From: Treponemataceae bacterium
Lineage (GTDB): Bacteria; Spirochaetota; Spirochaetia; Treponematales; Rectinemataceae
Direction of reading: 5' to 3'
Assembly (NCBI GenBank): GCA_963678065.2
Contig: CAXXVZ010000003.1
Coordinates: forward strand, 736,001 to 800,000
DNA: 64,000 nucleotides
Of the stretch, positions 28,951 to 38,608 are shown piece after piece. The notes below the pieces were generated by a model. The model was not told the DNA's origin and ran no database searches. It saw nothing but the letters and a program-made list of their open reading frames with translations. Positions within the stretch are counted from its first letter, which is position 1, and every line of letters begins with the position of its first letter. The translations under genes were made by a program, and so were the position numbers.

Positions 28951-31377
28951 ATGGATGGCGGAGAAGGGGATCGGTATCCCGGAGAGATGAAGTCTGAAGA
29001 GATAAAGTCCGACCAGCTGCCGCTTTTTGTCTGCGGCTCATCCATCCTCTACCCAGGCGTAACCGCTTCTTTCGACCTTCGTCATGTTTCCGAAACTTCG
29101 GGAATCAGCGCCGCCCTGAGGCGCGACCGGATTTTTCTCGCCGTCTACACCACAAAATCCTACCCCACAGGCAGCCCGGCCGAAAACTTCCACGCCATAG
29201 CGACGCGTGCGCGCATCCTTCACCACATTCCCGGCCCGGAGGGAAGCGCGCGCGTCATCGTGGAGGGACTCGAGCTTGTACGCATTCTTTCCTTCGATCC
29301 GGGAGCCGAAAACGCCTCGTATCACCCCTTTGTACGCACGAGCGCGGCCTTTGCGGAGGATCTCGAGCTGCGGCAGGAAGCGGAGACCCGACTCCTCAGG
29401 GCAGCCCTCGCCTCCTTCTCGCACGAGAACGGCTCTGCCTCCCCCGACCTCCTCGCCCTGGCGGAGAAGACGGAGGATATCCACACTCTGTGCGACCTCG
29501 TACTCTCCGCCCTGCCCTCGCCTTTTGCAAAAAAATACCCGATTCTCGTCCAGAGCGATCCCTTCAAGCGTGTCGAGAAACTCATCGCCCTCGTAGAACG
29601 GGAAACAGGGCTGGCCGAACTCCAGAAAAGCCTGGCGGGAAAGGTCAAGTCCCGCATCGAACGATCCCAGCGCGAGTATTTCCTCAATGAAAAGCTGAAG
29701 GAAATCAACAAAGAACTGGGCCATGATGCGGAGGAGAATGAGGTCGTCGCGCTCGAAAAAGCCCTCGCGGCCAAGGCCCCTCCCACCGAAGTCATCGAGA
29801 AGGCCAGAAAAGAACTCGCGCGCCTTTCGCGACTCCAGAGCCTTTCACCGGAAGCTGGCGTTCTCCGCGCCTACTGCGAGTGGCTCGCCGATCTTCCCTG
29901 GTCCACGACCACGAAGGATTCGCGCGATATCGCGCGGGCCCGCGACATCCTGGACGAAGACCATTACGGACTCGCCAAGCCGAAGGAGCGGATACTCGAG
30001 TTCATCGCCGTCCGTCAGCTTTCGGAGCGGGCGCGGGGTCCCATCATCTGTCTGGTGGGACCGCCGGGAACCGGGAAAACCTCGCTCGGACGCTCGGTCG
30101 CGAGGGCTCTGGAACGGAAATTCGTGCGCGTGAGCCTCGGCGGAGTTCGGGATGAAGCCGAAATCCGTGGACACCGGCGGACCTACATCGGGGCTCTTCC
30201 GGGAAAGATCATCCAATCTCTCAGGAAGGCGGGCAGTTCGAACCCTGTTTTCCTCCTCGACGAGGTCGACAAAATGTCCTCCGACTTCCGCGGGGATCCC
30301 GCGAGCGCCCTCCTCGAAGTCCTCGACCCGGAACAGAACTCCAGCTTTTCCGACCATTATCTGGAAGTGCCATGCGACTTATCGCGCGTCATGTTCATCA
30401 TGACCGCCAATTCCATCCAAGGCATACCGCCCCCCCTCCTCGACCGCATGGAGATCATCGAAATACCGGGATACGGTGAGCAGGAAAAACTCGAGATCGC
30501 CAGACGGCATCTCGTCCCCAAGCAAGTCCGCCTCGCGGGGCTCTCCTCAGCCCGGATACGGTTCCGCAACGATGCCATCCTGGAGATCGTCAGGCGCTAC
30601 ACCATGGAATCCGGTGTCCGCAATCTGGAGAGGGAACTCGCCTCGGTCCTGCGCAAACTCGCGCGCAAGGCCGTGGAAAAAGGGTATGCCACGGAAAATG
30701 AATCTGCCGGAGGCGAAGGGGCCATTGACCTGTCATCCTTCTCATACACCGTGAGCGCGGGAAAGATCCGCGGACTCCTCGGCAAGGAGAGCAGGAGGGC
30801 GGAACTCGGCCCCGGAGCGGAGAAGACAGGCCTCGCGTTCGGGCTTGCGTGGACCCAGGCGGGCGGAACCATGCTTCCCGTCGAAACCATACTCTTCGAC
30901 GGGGATGAAACCCTCCTCCTGACAGGGAATCTCGGCGATGTCATGAAGGAATCCGCGCGAACGGCGGTCAGCCACATACGGGCCCGCGCGCGCGACTTCG
31001 GCCTCGACCCCGAATGTTTCAAGGGGAAAACTATCCATATCCATGTTCCGGAAGGGGCCATTCCCAAGGACGGCCCCTCAGCGGGCATCACCCTCGCCGC
31101 GAGTCTCTACTCCGCGGCTTCGGGGCGGAGCGTGAGGTCGTCGACAGCAATGACGGGAGAGATCACGCTGACCGGCGACATCGTCCCCGTCGGAGGCGTC
31201 AGGGAAAAACTCCTCGCCGCGTCCCGCAACGGCATCGCGGCCGTTCTTTTGCCCGAGGGCAACCGCCCGGACAGCGGGGACCTTCCCCGCGAGGCGGCGA
31301 AGACGCTCGACTTCCACTTTGCATCGACCATACAGGAGGCTTTCGGCTTCCTGTTTCCCGAGCCTGACGCGGGCTGA
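28951..31377 (+). CDS. lon: Lon protease (endopeptidase La), divergent N domain
   Basis: GPPGTGKTS, GHRRTYIGALPG, LLDEVDK, PKDGPSAG, GGVREK. Confidence 0.95.
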   Translation: MDGGEGDRYPGEMKSEEIKSDQLPLFVCGSSILYPGVTASFDLRHVSETSGISAALRRDRIFLAVYTTKSYPTGSPAENFHAIATRARILHHIPGPEGSARVIVEGLELVRILSFDPGAENASYHPFVRTSAAFAEDLELRQEAETRLLRAALASFSHENGSASPDLLALAEKTEDIHTLCDLVLSALPSPFAKKYPILVQSDPFKRVEKLIALVERETGLAELQKSLAGKVKSRIERSQREYFLNEKLKEINKELGHDAEENEVVALEKALAAKAPPTEVIEKARKELARLSRLQSLSPEAGVLRAYCEWLADLPWSTTTKDSRDIARARDILDEDHYGLAKPKERILEFIAVRQLSERARGPIICLVGPPGTGKTSLGRSVARALERKFVRVSLGGVRDEAEIRGHRRTYIGALPGKIIQSLRKAGSSNPVFLLDEVDKMSSDFRGDPASALLEVLDPEQNSSFSDHYLEVPCDLSRVMFIMTANSIQGIPPPLLDRMEIIEIPGYGEQEKLEIARRHLVPKQVRLAGLSSARIRFRNDAILEIVRRYTMESGVRNLERELASVLRKLARKAVEKGYATENESAGGEGAIDLSSFSYTVSAGKIRGLLGKESRRAELGPGAEKTGLAFGLAWTQAGGTMLPVETILFDGDETLLLTGNLGDVMKESARTAVSHIRARARDFGLDPECFKGKTIHIHVPEGAIPKDGPSAGITLAASLYSAASGRSVRSSTAMTGEITLTGDIVPVGGVREKLLAASRNGIAAVLLPEGNRPDSGDLPREAAKTLDFHFASTIQEAFGFLFPEPDAG

Positions 31378-31421
31378 TCCCTTTGCTCCGCGGCAACGCT
31401 TTTTGCGTGCAACACACAGCC

Positions 31422-31450
31422 TTGACAGAAAATCGACAAAACTCTAGCAT
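31422..31450 (+). promoter_or_regulatory. sigma70 promoter of thiamine transporter operon
   Basis: TTGACA-17 bp-TAGCAT immediately before the riboswitch. Confidence 0.8.
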
Positions 31451-31451
31451 C

Positions 31452-31546
31452 GTTTCCGCCGGGGTGGCGCGGAGTTCCGTCGGAACCTGCCGCGTCTGAG
31501 ATGATACCCGAAGAACCTGATCCGGATAATGCCGGCGGAGGGAGTC
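31452..31546 (+). ncRNA. TPP riboswitch (THI element)
   Basis: GGGGTG...CTGAGA..ATACCCG..GAACCTGATCCGGATAATGCCGGCGGAGGGA upstream of thiamine-binding protein. Confidence 0.95.
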
Positions 31547-32551
31547 GTGCGCACACTTTATCGCACCCTCGTATTCATTCCCCTTCTCATCGCACTGTTT
31601 TCATGCTCACCCAAGGAAGAACCGAGCCTCACGGTCTTCACCTACGATTCGTTCGTCGCCGAATGGGGTGCGGCCCCGAAGATCGCCCCCCTGTTCGAAA
31701 AAGAGACGGGCATCAAGGTGAACTTCGTCGCCAAAGGCGACGGCGGAGCTCTGCTCTCCGCGCTGATCAACGAGAAGGGTAAACCTTCCTGCGACATCGC
31801 CCTCGGGCTCGACAACCAGCTTTCGGAGAAGGCTCTCGCCGAAGACCTCTTCGCGGCCTATGCGCCGAAGGGGATCAAAGCCCTACCCTCCGAACTCAGG
31901 ATCGATCCTAAAAACCGACTCCAGCCCTACGACTACGGCCACTTCGCCTTCATCTGGGATTCGGAGAAGCTGAAGAATCCCCCGGCCTCCCTCGCCGACC
32001 TGACGAAGCCTGCCTACGCGCGCAAGATCATCATCATGGATCCGCGCACCTCGACCCCGGGACTCGGCCTCGTTTCATGGGCCAAGAGTGTCTACGGCGA
32101 AGGCTGGAAAGATTACTGGAGGGCTCTCAAACCCTCCATCCTGACGATGACTCCCGGATGGGATACCGGATACGGTCTCTTCACATCCGGAGAGGCTCCT
32201 CTCGTCCTCTCGTACGCGACCAGCCCCGCCTACCACAAGGAGACCGAGAAGACCGATCGCTACAAGGCTCTGCTTTTCCCGGAAGGCCACCCCATCCAGA
32301 TCGAACTCGCCGGGATACTGAAGAATGCCAAGCACAGAAAAAACGCGGAGAAATTCATGGACTTCCTCGTATCGGAGGCTTGCCAGAAGGAACTTCCCGC
32401 CACCCAGTGGATGTACCCCGTCCTGCCCTCGACCCCGCTTCCCGCCTCGTTCTCGGCGGCGCCCAAGCCGGAAAAGACTCTCGTTCCGCCCCTGTCGGGG
32501 CTCGAGGCGGACGCGCAGACAGCCGTGGATATACTTTCCGGAGCAAAATGA
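31547..32551 (+). CDS. thiB: Thiamine ABC transporter substrate-binding lipoprotein
   Basis: Lipobox LFSC, LTVFTYDSFVAEWG, DPRTSTPGL, LSYATSPAYH, QWMYP. Confidence 0.93.
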   Translation: MRTLYRTLVFIPLLIALFSCSPKEEPSLTVFTYDSFVAEWGAAPKIAPLFEKETGIKVNFVAKGDGGALLSALINEKGKPSCDIALGLDNQLSEKALAEDLFAAYAPKGIKALPSELRIDPKNRLQPYDYGHFAFIWDSEKLKNPPASLADLTKPAYARKIIIMDPRTSTPGLGLVSWAKSVYGEGWKDYWRALKPSILTMTPGWDTGYGLFTSGEAPLVLSYATSPAYHKETEKTDRYKALLFPEGHPIQIELAGILKNAKHRKNAEKFMDFLVSEACQKELPATQWMYPVLPSTPLPASFSAAPKPEKTLVPPLSGLEADAQTAVDILSGAK

Positions 32552-32552
32552 C

Positions 32553-34208
32553 ATGAGGGGGGGATCCCGGCTGCAGGGAGAAAGCGCGCTTTTTCCGCGG
32601 GCCGCAGTCATCGCCGTGCTCGCGGTATCGGTAGCTCCCCTCGCCGCAGTGATCCTCTCGGTCGAGCCTGAGCGACTTGCCGAGGCTCTCGGTCAGGCTC
32701 TCGCGGGGCAGAGGACCCTCGCGGCGCTCGGTTTTACAATCACGCAGTCAGCCGCGAGCTGCCTTCTCGCCCTCGCCTTCGGTCTGCCCGGAGCATGGCT
32801 TTACGCCCGCTACCGATTCCCCGGAAGGAGAGGACTCATGGTCCTCTCCGCCGTCCCGTTCTGCGTGCCTCCGGTGCTCGTGATCCTCGCCTTCGTCCTG
32901 TATTTCGGAAACGCTGGCATCGTCAACCGGGTCCTTCTCGCGGTTTTCGGAATCAGGAACGAGGGGCCGAGCTTTCTGTACTCCTTCAAGGGTATCGTCC
33001 TCGTCCACGCATTCTACAACTTTCCCATCATCATCCAGATAGTCGGGGGAACCTGGACAAGGCTGCCTTCGTCCCGCGAGGATGCCGCACGGGTGCTCGG
33101 AGCGGGCGGTCTCAGAGCCTTCCTGACCGGCACCCTGCCGAGCCTCGGCCCCGCCATCGGTCAGGCGGCGAGCCTCGTCTTCCTGTTCTGTTTTTTCAGT
33201 TTTTCGGTTGTCCTGGTCTTCGGCGGATTGGGCGGGTCCACGCTCGAGGTCGAGGTTTACCGGAAAGCGAGGCTCGAGGCCGATCCCGCCGGAGCGGCGG
33301 CCGTCGCTCTTCTGGAAACACTCATCGCCCTGACCTGTGTTGCGATATTCGGCCTCTTCGAGCGAAAGGCCGCGCAGGGCGCCCGGCACACAGGATCGAA
33401 GGGCGAAACCAAGCGTCCCCATGGTCTCGTGCGGGTGCTGCTGGTATTCTACGGCCTGTTCCTGGCATTTTTCTTCCTGGGCCCCATACTCTCCCTCGTC
33501 GTGCAGGCATTCAGCCTGAGTTCCGGATGGGACAGGATGGCGGGCTTCGGTCTGGGCAATTTCCGGCGCCTTCTCGCAGGTCCCCGTCCTCCTCTGCTTC
33601 GCGCCCTCGGAGACAGCCTCGCGACTGCCACTCCGGCTGCTCTTCTCGCGACCGCGGCCGGAGTGGCGCTGGCCTACGCGAAGCTCGGATACTCCAAAAG
33701 GCGGCAGGAGGCCGGGGCCGGCATAGCGGGACAGGCACTCGACCTGGCCGGCAGCCTGCCGCTCGCCCTCTCCGGGGTAGTTACTGCCCTCGGCTGGGTT
33801 CTCCTGTTTCCCTCCGGAGGCGCCGGCCCCGTCATTCTCGCCCAGGCGACAGTGGCCTTTCCCTTCGTTCTCAGAGGCATATCCGGCGCCTTCTCTTCCC
33901 TGGAGGGAGGACCCCGACTGGCGGCCCGTTCCCTCGGGGCGAGTCCGCTGACAGTCTTCCTGACCGTCGACGTGCCGGCCGCCGCTCCGAGCATCGCCGC
34001 ATCCGCCGCCTTCGCCTTCTCGATGGCGGCCGGAGATGTGAACGCCCCTCTCATGCTGGGCTCGGGAGACTTCCAGAGCCTGCCCCTCCTCCTTTACCGC
34101 CTCGTCGCGTCGTACCGTTTCCCGGAAGCCTGCGCGGTCGGCCTCGTGCTCTCGGCGCTCACGGGGACAGTATTCCTCCTCAAGGAAAGGACTACCGATG
34201 GAACTTGA
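32553..34208 (+). CDS. thiP: Thiamine ABC transporter permease
   Basis: Duplicated permease with EDAARVLGA and LAARSLGA EAA loops; between thiB and ATPase. Confidence 0.88.
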   Translation: MRGGSRLQGESALFPRAAVIAVLAVSVAPLAAVILSVEPERLAEALGQALAGQRTLAALGFTITQSAASCLLALAFGLPGAWLYARYRFPGRRGLMVLSAVPFCVPPVLVILAFVLYFGNAGIVNRVLLAVFGIRNEGPSFLYSFKGIVLVHAFYNFPIIIQIVGGTWTRLPSSREDAARVLGAGGLRAFLTGTLPSLGPAIGQAASLVFLFCFFSFSVVLVFGGLGGSTLEVEVYRKARLEADPAGAAAVALLETLIALTCVAIFGLFERKAAQGARHTGSKGETKRPHGLVRVLLVFYGLFLAFFFLGPILSLVVQAFSLSSGWDRMAGFGLGNFRRLLAGPRPPLLRALGDSLATATPAALLATAAGVALAYAKLGYSKRRQEAGAGIAGQALDLAGSLPLALSGVVTALGWVLLFPSGGAGPVILAQATVAFPFVLRGISGAFSSLEGGPRLAARSLGASPLTVFLTVDVPAAAPSIAASAAFAFSMAAGDVNAPLMLGSGDFQSLPLLLYRLVASYRFPEACAVGLVLSALTGTVFLLKERTTDGT

Positions 34209-35322
34209 CATACACGAACTTGCCTTCGGACGGGGCAGCTTCAGGCTCCGCTCCGATCTGTCCCTGGGTTCGGAGGAATTCGGAGTGGTTCTTGGAGCAT
34301 CGGGTTGCGGAAAATCGACTCTTCTTCGCCTTGTGGCCGGACTCCTCTCCCCCGATTCCGGACAGATACTTCTCGGCGGCAGGAACCTCACGACCTTGCC
34401 GCCTGAAAAGCGGAATATGGGTTTCGTTTTCCAGGATTTCGCCCTGTTCCCCCATCTCAGCGCGCGAAAGAACATCGAGTACGGCCCGAGGCGCCATGGA
34501 TTTGCCCAGGATGAACGACAACGAATCTGCCAGGAGCTCGCGGGAGCACTGCACATCGACGAGCTTCTCGACAGACGGCCGCAGTTTCTTTCGGGGGGAG
34601 AGCAGCAGCGTGTCGCCCTCGCGAGAGCTCTCGCCGTCCGCCCGGACCTCGTCCTCATGGACGAGCCTCTCTCCTCCCTCGACGAAGTGCTGCGCAAGGA
34701 CCTCCGCTCCGTCATCCGGGAAAGGCTTGGCTCCCTCGGAGTCACGACCCTCTATGTCACGCACGACACGGGAGAGGCCCTCGCGATAGCTGATCGCCTT
34801 TTCGTCATGAAGAATGGCACCGTGAGCCACTCGGGAAAACCCGAGGATCTCCTGCGCGATCCGCCCGACGCCGCCTTCGTCCGGTTCATGTCACTGGGCC
34901 CCCTCCTGCCCGTATTGCGGACGAGCGAAGCTACCGGGGGAATCCTCTGCAGCACGCCCGTGGGGGACTTTCTCTGCCTTGCGGGGACTCTCCCTCCCTC
35001 CGTGGCTCCGGGAACCCGCCTCTTCCTGCACTTCCCAGGCTGGGCGGCTTCGACAGCCTCCGGGCTTGCCTTGCGGAAGCAGAACAGCTTCCGCGCCCTC
35101 GTACTGACATCCATCCCCGAGGGACGATCGAGAAAACTCGGAATCGCGATCCTGCCCGGGTCCGGCACAGGTGGATCGGAGCCCGTTCCTGGCAGCGCGA
35201 AGGGAGAAATCAGAGCGGAAATCGAAGTGGAAGCCGCAACCGCCCCGCGCGCGGGAGAACTCGTCTCTTTCTCCGTTCCTCCCGAAGACTGCAGGATCGT
35301 TCCCGAGGGATCGGATTCATGA
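34198..35322 (+). CDS. thiQ: ABC transporter ATP-binding protein (thiamine)
   Basis: GASGCGKST, LSGGEQQRVALARAL, LMDEPLSSLD, YVTHD. Confidence 0.85.
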   Translation: MELDIHELAFGRGSFRLRSDLSLGSEEFGVVLGASGCGKSTLLRLVAGLLSPDSGQILLGGRNLTTLPPEKRNMGFVFQDFALFPHLSARKNIEYGPRRHGFAQDERQRICQELAGALHIDELLDRRPQFLSGGEQQRVALARALAVRPDLVLMDEPLSSLDEVLRKDLRSVIRERLGSLGVTTLYVTHDTGEALAIADRLFVMKNGTVSHSGKPEDLLRDPPDAAFVRFMSLGPLLPVLRTSEATGGILCSTPVGDFLCLAGTLPPSVAPGTRLFLHFPGWAASTASGLALRKQNSFRALVLTSIPEGRSRKLGIAILPGSGTGGSEPVPGSAKGEIRAEIEVEAATAPRAGELVSFSVPPEDCRIVPEGSDS

Positions 35323-35333
35323 TGGAGGGAGGT

Positions 35334-36632
35334 ATGGCGACAAAACGGGATATCCTCGGCATGGATTCCGACGAGTTCATCGGCGACGCGCGCAGCCACA
35401 TCGGAAAAGGTTCGGGACTCGCCGCGGAAATTTACCGCAACGTTTTCAGCACGGAATTTCCATTTCCGACGAAGGGGGCACCGACAGAAAAGGGGCAGCC
35501 CTTCGTCCAGGCAGCCATGGATGCTTCAGCCGGGGAAAGGGATGCGTTACCTGACCCGTGGTCAGGCCGCTACAAAACGGGATACCTTGCCGTCGATTCT
35601 GTTCTTGAACAGGAAAGCGAAGCCGGTCTGACTTCCAAGGTGACCCTCCTCACCGCTGACGGCCACAGGGTCGAATGCGTCCGAGTCCCGATGAGCCGCC
35701 GCAATGACGCGTGCACGGCCACACTCTGTGTCTCATCGCAGATCGGGTGCAGAATGGGCTGCGCCTTCTGCCAGACTGGAACTATGGGCCTCGTGCGCAA
35801 TCTCGAAGCGGCCGAAATCGTTTCCCAGGTCGTGACGCTCAGGAAGGAATTCGGCTGGGACTTCCGGAACATCGTTTTCATGGGGATGGGTGAGCCTCTG
35901 GACAATTTCGACAACGTGACGAAGGCGATGAATGTATTCCATGACCAGAGAGGTCTCGGCCTCGCCTGGGACCGTATCACTTTATGCACATCCGGAAGTA
36001 TCTCCGGCATCAATCGACTGAAAGAGCTCGGCTTGAAACGACTCGGCCTGTCGATCAGCCTCAATTCCGGCCTGGACGAGGTGCGCAGTTCGATCATGCC
36101 GGTCAACCGGTCGTCGGGGCTTGCCGCCCTGGCCGAAGCTCTCGCATCCTACCCTCAGAGGAAAAATTTTGTTCTCGGCGTCAATTACTGCCTCCTGCCG
36201 GGGATCAACGATGGCCGGAAAGACGCAGTGGCCGTGGCCGGTTTTTGTTCCCGGGCGGGCCGCTGCCTTGTGAACCTCATCCCCTACAATCCAGGAACCA
36301 CCCCCCTCACCCGCGCGCCCTCGGAGGAGGAAGTCCTCGCATTCATCGGCCTTCTTGAATCCGAAGGGGTTCTGGTGAAGCGGCGGATCGAAAAAGGCCG
36401 CTCCATAATGGCCGGCTGCGGACAACTTGGGAGCAGCCGAGGCTGCGGACAACTTGGGAGCAGCCGAGGCTGCGGACAACTTGGGAGCAGCCGAGGCTGC
36501 GGACAACTTGGGAGCAGCCGAGGCTGCGGACAACTTGGGGCAGCCGAGGCTGCGGACAACTCGGCGGGAACAGACGAGAAGACCTCGGGCAACTCGGTGA
36601 ACACGGCGCCGACCGCGGCTGATCCCGCATGA
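35334..36632 (+). CDS. rlmN: 23S rRNA/tRNA m2A methyltransferase RlmN with repeat-expanded C terminus (alternative start 35319)
   Basis: TLCVSSQIGCRMGCAFC, NIVFMGMGEPLDN, VNLIPYNP, IMAGCGQL. Confidence 0.9.
   Translation: MATKRDILGMDSDEFIGDARSHIGKGSGLAAEIYRNVFSTEFPFPTKGAPTEKGQPFVQAAMDASAGERDALPDPWSGRYKTGYLAVDSVLEQESEAGLTSKVTLLTADGHRVECVRVPMSRRNDACTATLCVSSQIGCRMGCAFCQTGTMGLVRNLEAAEIVSQVVTLRKEFGWDFRNIVFMGMGEPLDNFDNVTKAMNVFHDQRGLGLAWDRITLCTSGSISGINRLKELGLKRLGLSISLNSGLDEVRSSIMPVNRSSGLAALAEALASYPQRKNFVLGVNYCLLPGINDGRKDAVAVAGFCSRAGRCLVNLIPYNPGTTPLTRAPSEEEVLAFIGLLESEGVLVKRRIEKGRSIMAGCGQLGSSRGCGQLGSSRGCGQLGSSRGCGQLGSSRGCGQLGAAEAADNSAGTDEKTSGNSVNTAPTAADPA
36414..36561 (+). repeat. 27-bp tandem repeat (4 perfect units, one 26-bp unit, one partial) inside rlmN
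   Basis: GGCTGCGGACAACTTGGGAGCAGCCGA units start at 36414, 36441, 36468, 36495; 26-bp unit at 36522; partial at 36548. Confidence 0.97.
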
Positions 36633-36675
36633 CCGGGGTTTGCTGAAAAAGAGAAGCTGCGAGGTTTTCACCCCG

Positions 36676-37677
36676 CTACATCATCGATTCGTCCATTACG
36701 GAGACCTGCTCCCGCAGATCGGCAAAGCGGGAGAGCCAGAAACCCTCTGTTTCCCAGTCGGGATTATTTATGAAAAAGGCACGGTCGGAAACCTGGCGGG
36801 CTGTCCAGGCCAGGTGGTACACCATGCGCATGAACCGCAGAGCTTCGACAAGACGCAGAGTTTCCGCCGGAAAGGGAAGAATCCTCTCGTATCCGTCGAT
36901 GAACGCCTCTATTTCCGGCCGGCACTGATCGACGGGACCGGGCAGGTTGAGCCAGAGGTCCTGGACCACCGGCCCCGTCATGCAGTCGTCGAAATCGATG
37001 AGCCTCAAGGAACCGTCCTTTTCGGAAAAAAGGTTGCCCCGGTGACAATCGCCATGGATCCGCTGCATCCGGAGTCCCTCGAACATCGGTGAAATGCGGT
37101 CGATGACCGAGCGGCACAGGCCGAGAAACGAGTCGCGGACGGTCGGATGGACAGCCCCGGAATACTCGAGTTCGTCGACGCTGCCCGCAGTCACGATGTC
37201 CGGATGGAGGATGGGCCTCGACGGGGCGTCCCGCCTCTTTCCCGCCTCGTGGCAGAGTCCTACGAGATTCCCGAGCCTTCTCCAATCCGTCGACGTTTCG
37301 GGATCGAAATTTCTGCTCCGTATGCGCGGATACATCGAGAAGAAAAACGTTTCGGCCTCCCCTCCGGGACCGGTATCCATCTCCATCTCCACGAGAGTCT
37401 CGCCTCCGGGGGAGACGAGGGGAGAGGCCACGGGAACTCCGGAGCGGCGACAGTCCTCCATGAACCGATGCTCCTCCTCGAGGGCATCCCGATCCCAGCG
37501 CCCGGGCCGGTAGAACTTGGCCACGACGCCGCTGCCGTCGTCCAGGGAAAACCCGTAGACCCGGTTGATATAGCTCGGGTATACGGCCCACTCCCCTGCC
37601 GGGATGAGGCCGAAGGCTGTTTCCACCGCCTCGGCGACAAGGTCGGGAGAAAGCAGATCGAAGGGCGCGTTTTCCAT
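36676..37677 (-). CDS. srkA: Stress response Ser/Thr kinase SrkA/RdoA (YihE)
   Basis: SYINRVY, VAKFYRPGRW..LEEEH, RIHGDCHRGN, IDFDDCMTGPVVQDLW. Confidence 0.92.
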   Translation of the reverse strand: MENAPFDLLSPDLVAEAVETAFGLIPAGEWAVYPSYINRVYGFSLDDGSGVVAKFYRPGRWDRDALEEEHRFMEDCRRSGVPVASPLVSPGGETLVEMEMDTGPGGEAETFFFSMYPRIRSRNFDPETSTDWRRLGNLVGLCHEAGKRRDAPSRPILHPDIVTAGSVDELEYSGAVHPTVRDSFLGLCRSVIDRISPMFEGLRMQRIHGDCHRGNLFSEKDGSLRLIDFDDCMTGPVVQDLWLNLPGPVDQCRPEIEAFIDGYERILPFPAETLRLVEALRFMRMVYHLAWTARQVSDRAFFINNPDWETEGFWLSRFADLREQVSVMDESMM

Positions 37678-37708
37678 GGGAATCAGAGTACACTTGCCTG
37701 ACATATAT

Positions 37709-37748
37709 ATGCAACTTGATTGCATCAACCGATGGATTCTGGTATAAA
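37709..37748 (+). promoter_or_regulatory. aro operon promoter with palindrome over the -35
   Basis: ATGCAA-CTTGA-TTGCAT (37709-37725); TTGCAT-17 bp-TATAAA. Confidence 0.6.
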
Positions 37749-37771
37749 GCGTTACTATAGGAAGTACCATA

Positions 37772-38608
37772 ATGAAGAACCTGAAACTCGCCGGACTCGG
37801 CAGCGATAAAATACGGACCGTCATCGACGTCAGCGGCGTGCGTCTCGGAGAGGAATTCGTGGTCATCGCGGGCCCCTGTGGCGTCGAGAACGAGAAGCAG
37901 ATCGTCGAAACGGCCATCGCGGTGAGAAAGGCAGGCGCCAAAATGCTCCGGGGAGGAGCCTTCAAGCCGAGGACGAGCCCCTACGCTTTCCAGGGACTCG
38001 GGCTCAAGGGACTTAAACTCCTCGCGATAGCCCGCCGTGAGACCGGCCTGCCCATCGTCACCGAGGTCATCGATCCACGCGACGTATCGTGGGTCGGCGA
38101 GTATGCCGACGTTCTGCAGATCGGCGCGAGGAACATGCAGAACTACTCCCTTCTGCGCGAAGTCGGCAAATCGGAGCGTCCCGTTCTCTTGAAGCGCGGC
38201 ATGTACTCCACACTCGAGGAGTGGGTCAACTGCGCCGAATACATTCTTGCCGAGGGGAATCCCAATGTCATCATGTGCGAGCGCGGCATCCGCAGCTTTG
38301 AAACCTACACGAGGAACACCCTCGACCTGGCCATCGTGCCCTCGGTCAAAGAGGTATCCCACCTTCCCGTGATCATCGACCCCTCCCACGGCACGGGTCG
38401 CAAGACCCTCATCGAGCCGATGAGCCTCGCGGCCATAGCGGCGGGCGCCGACGGCCTCGAGATCGAGGTCCACATCGATCCCCCCTCGGCCCTCAGCGAC
38501 AAGGAACAGCAGCTCTGGCCCGAGGAATTCGACCGGCTGATGCGGAAGATCGATATTCTCCTCGAGACCATGAAAAGCCTGAAGGCCCTCCCTCCGTGCG
38601 TGAGCTGA
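37772..38608 (+). CDS. aroF: DAHP synthase, type I-beta, without regulatory domain
   Basis: [47 protein letters not shown]. Confidence 0.95.
   Translation: MKNLKLAGLGSDKIRTVIDVSGVRLGEEFVVIAGPCGVENEKQIVETAIAVRKAGAKMLRGGAFKPRTSPYAFQGLGLKGLKLLAIARRETGLPIVTEVIDPRDVSWVGEYADVLQIGARNMQNYSLLREVGKSERPVLLKRGMYSTLEEWVNCAEYILAEGNPNVIMCERGIRSFETYTRNTLDLAIVPSVKEVSHLPVIIDPSHGTGRKTLIEPMSLAAIAAGADGLEIEVHIDPPSALSDKEQQLWPEEFDRLMRKIDILLETMKSLKALPPCVS

Noticed and set aside
28951..31377. Lon as pseudogene because of its divergent N domain
   Set aside because: The frame is intact and Walker motifs plus the Ser-Lys dyad motifs are conserved.
36414..36561. Palindromic 27-bp repeats as a CRISPR array
   Set aside because: Units are head-to-tail with no spacers, lie in frame in rlmN, and no cas genes are present.
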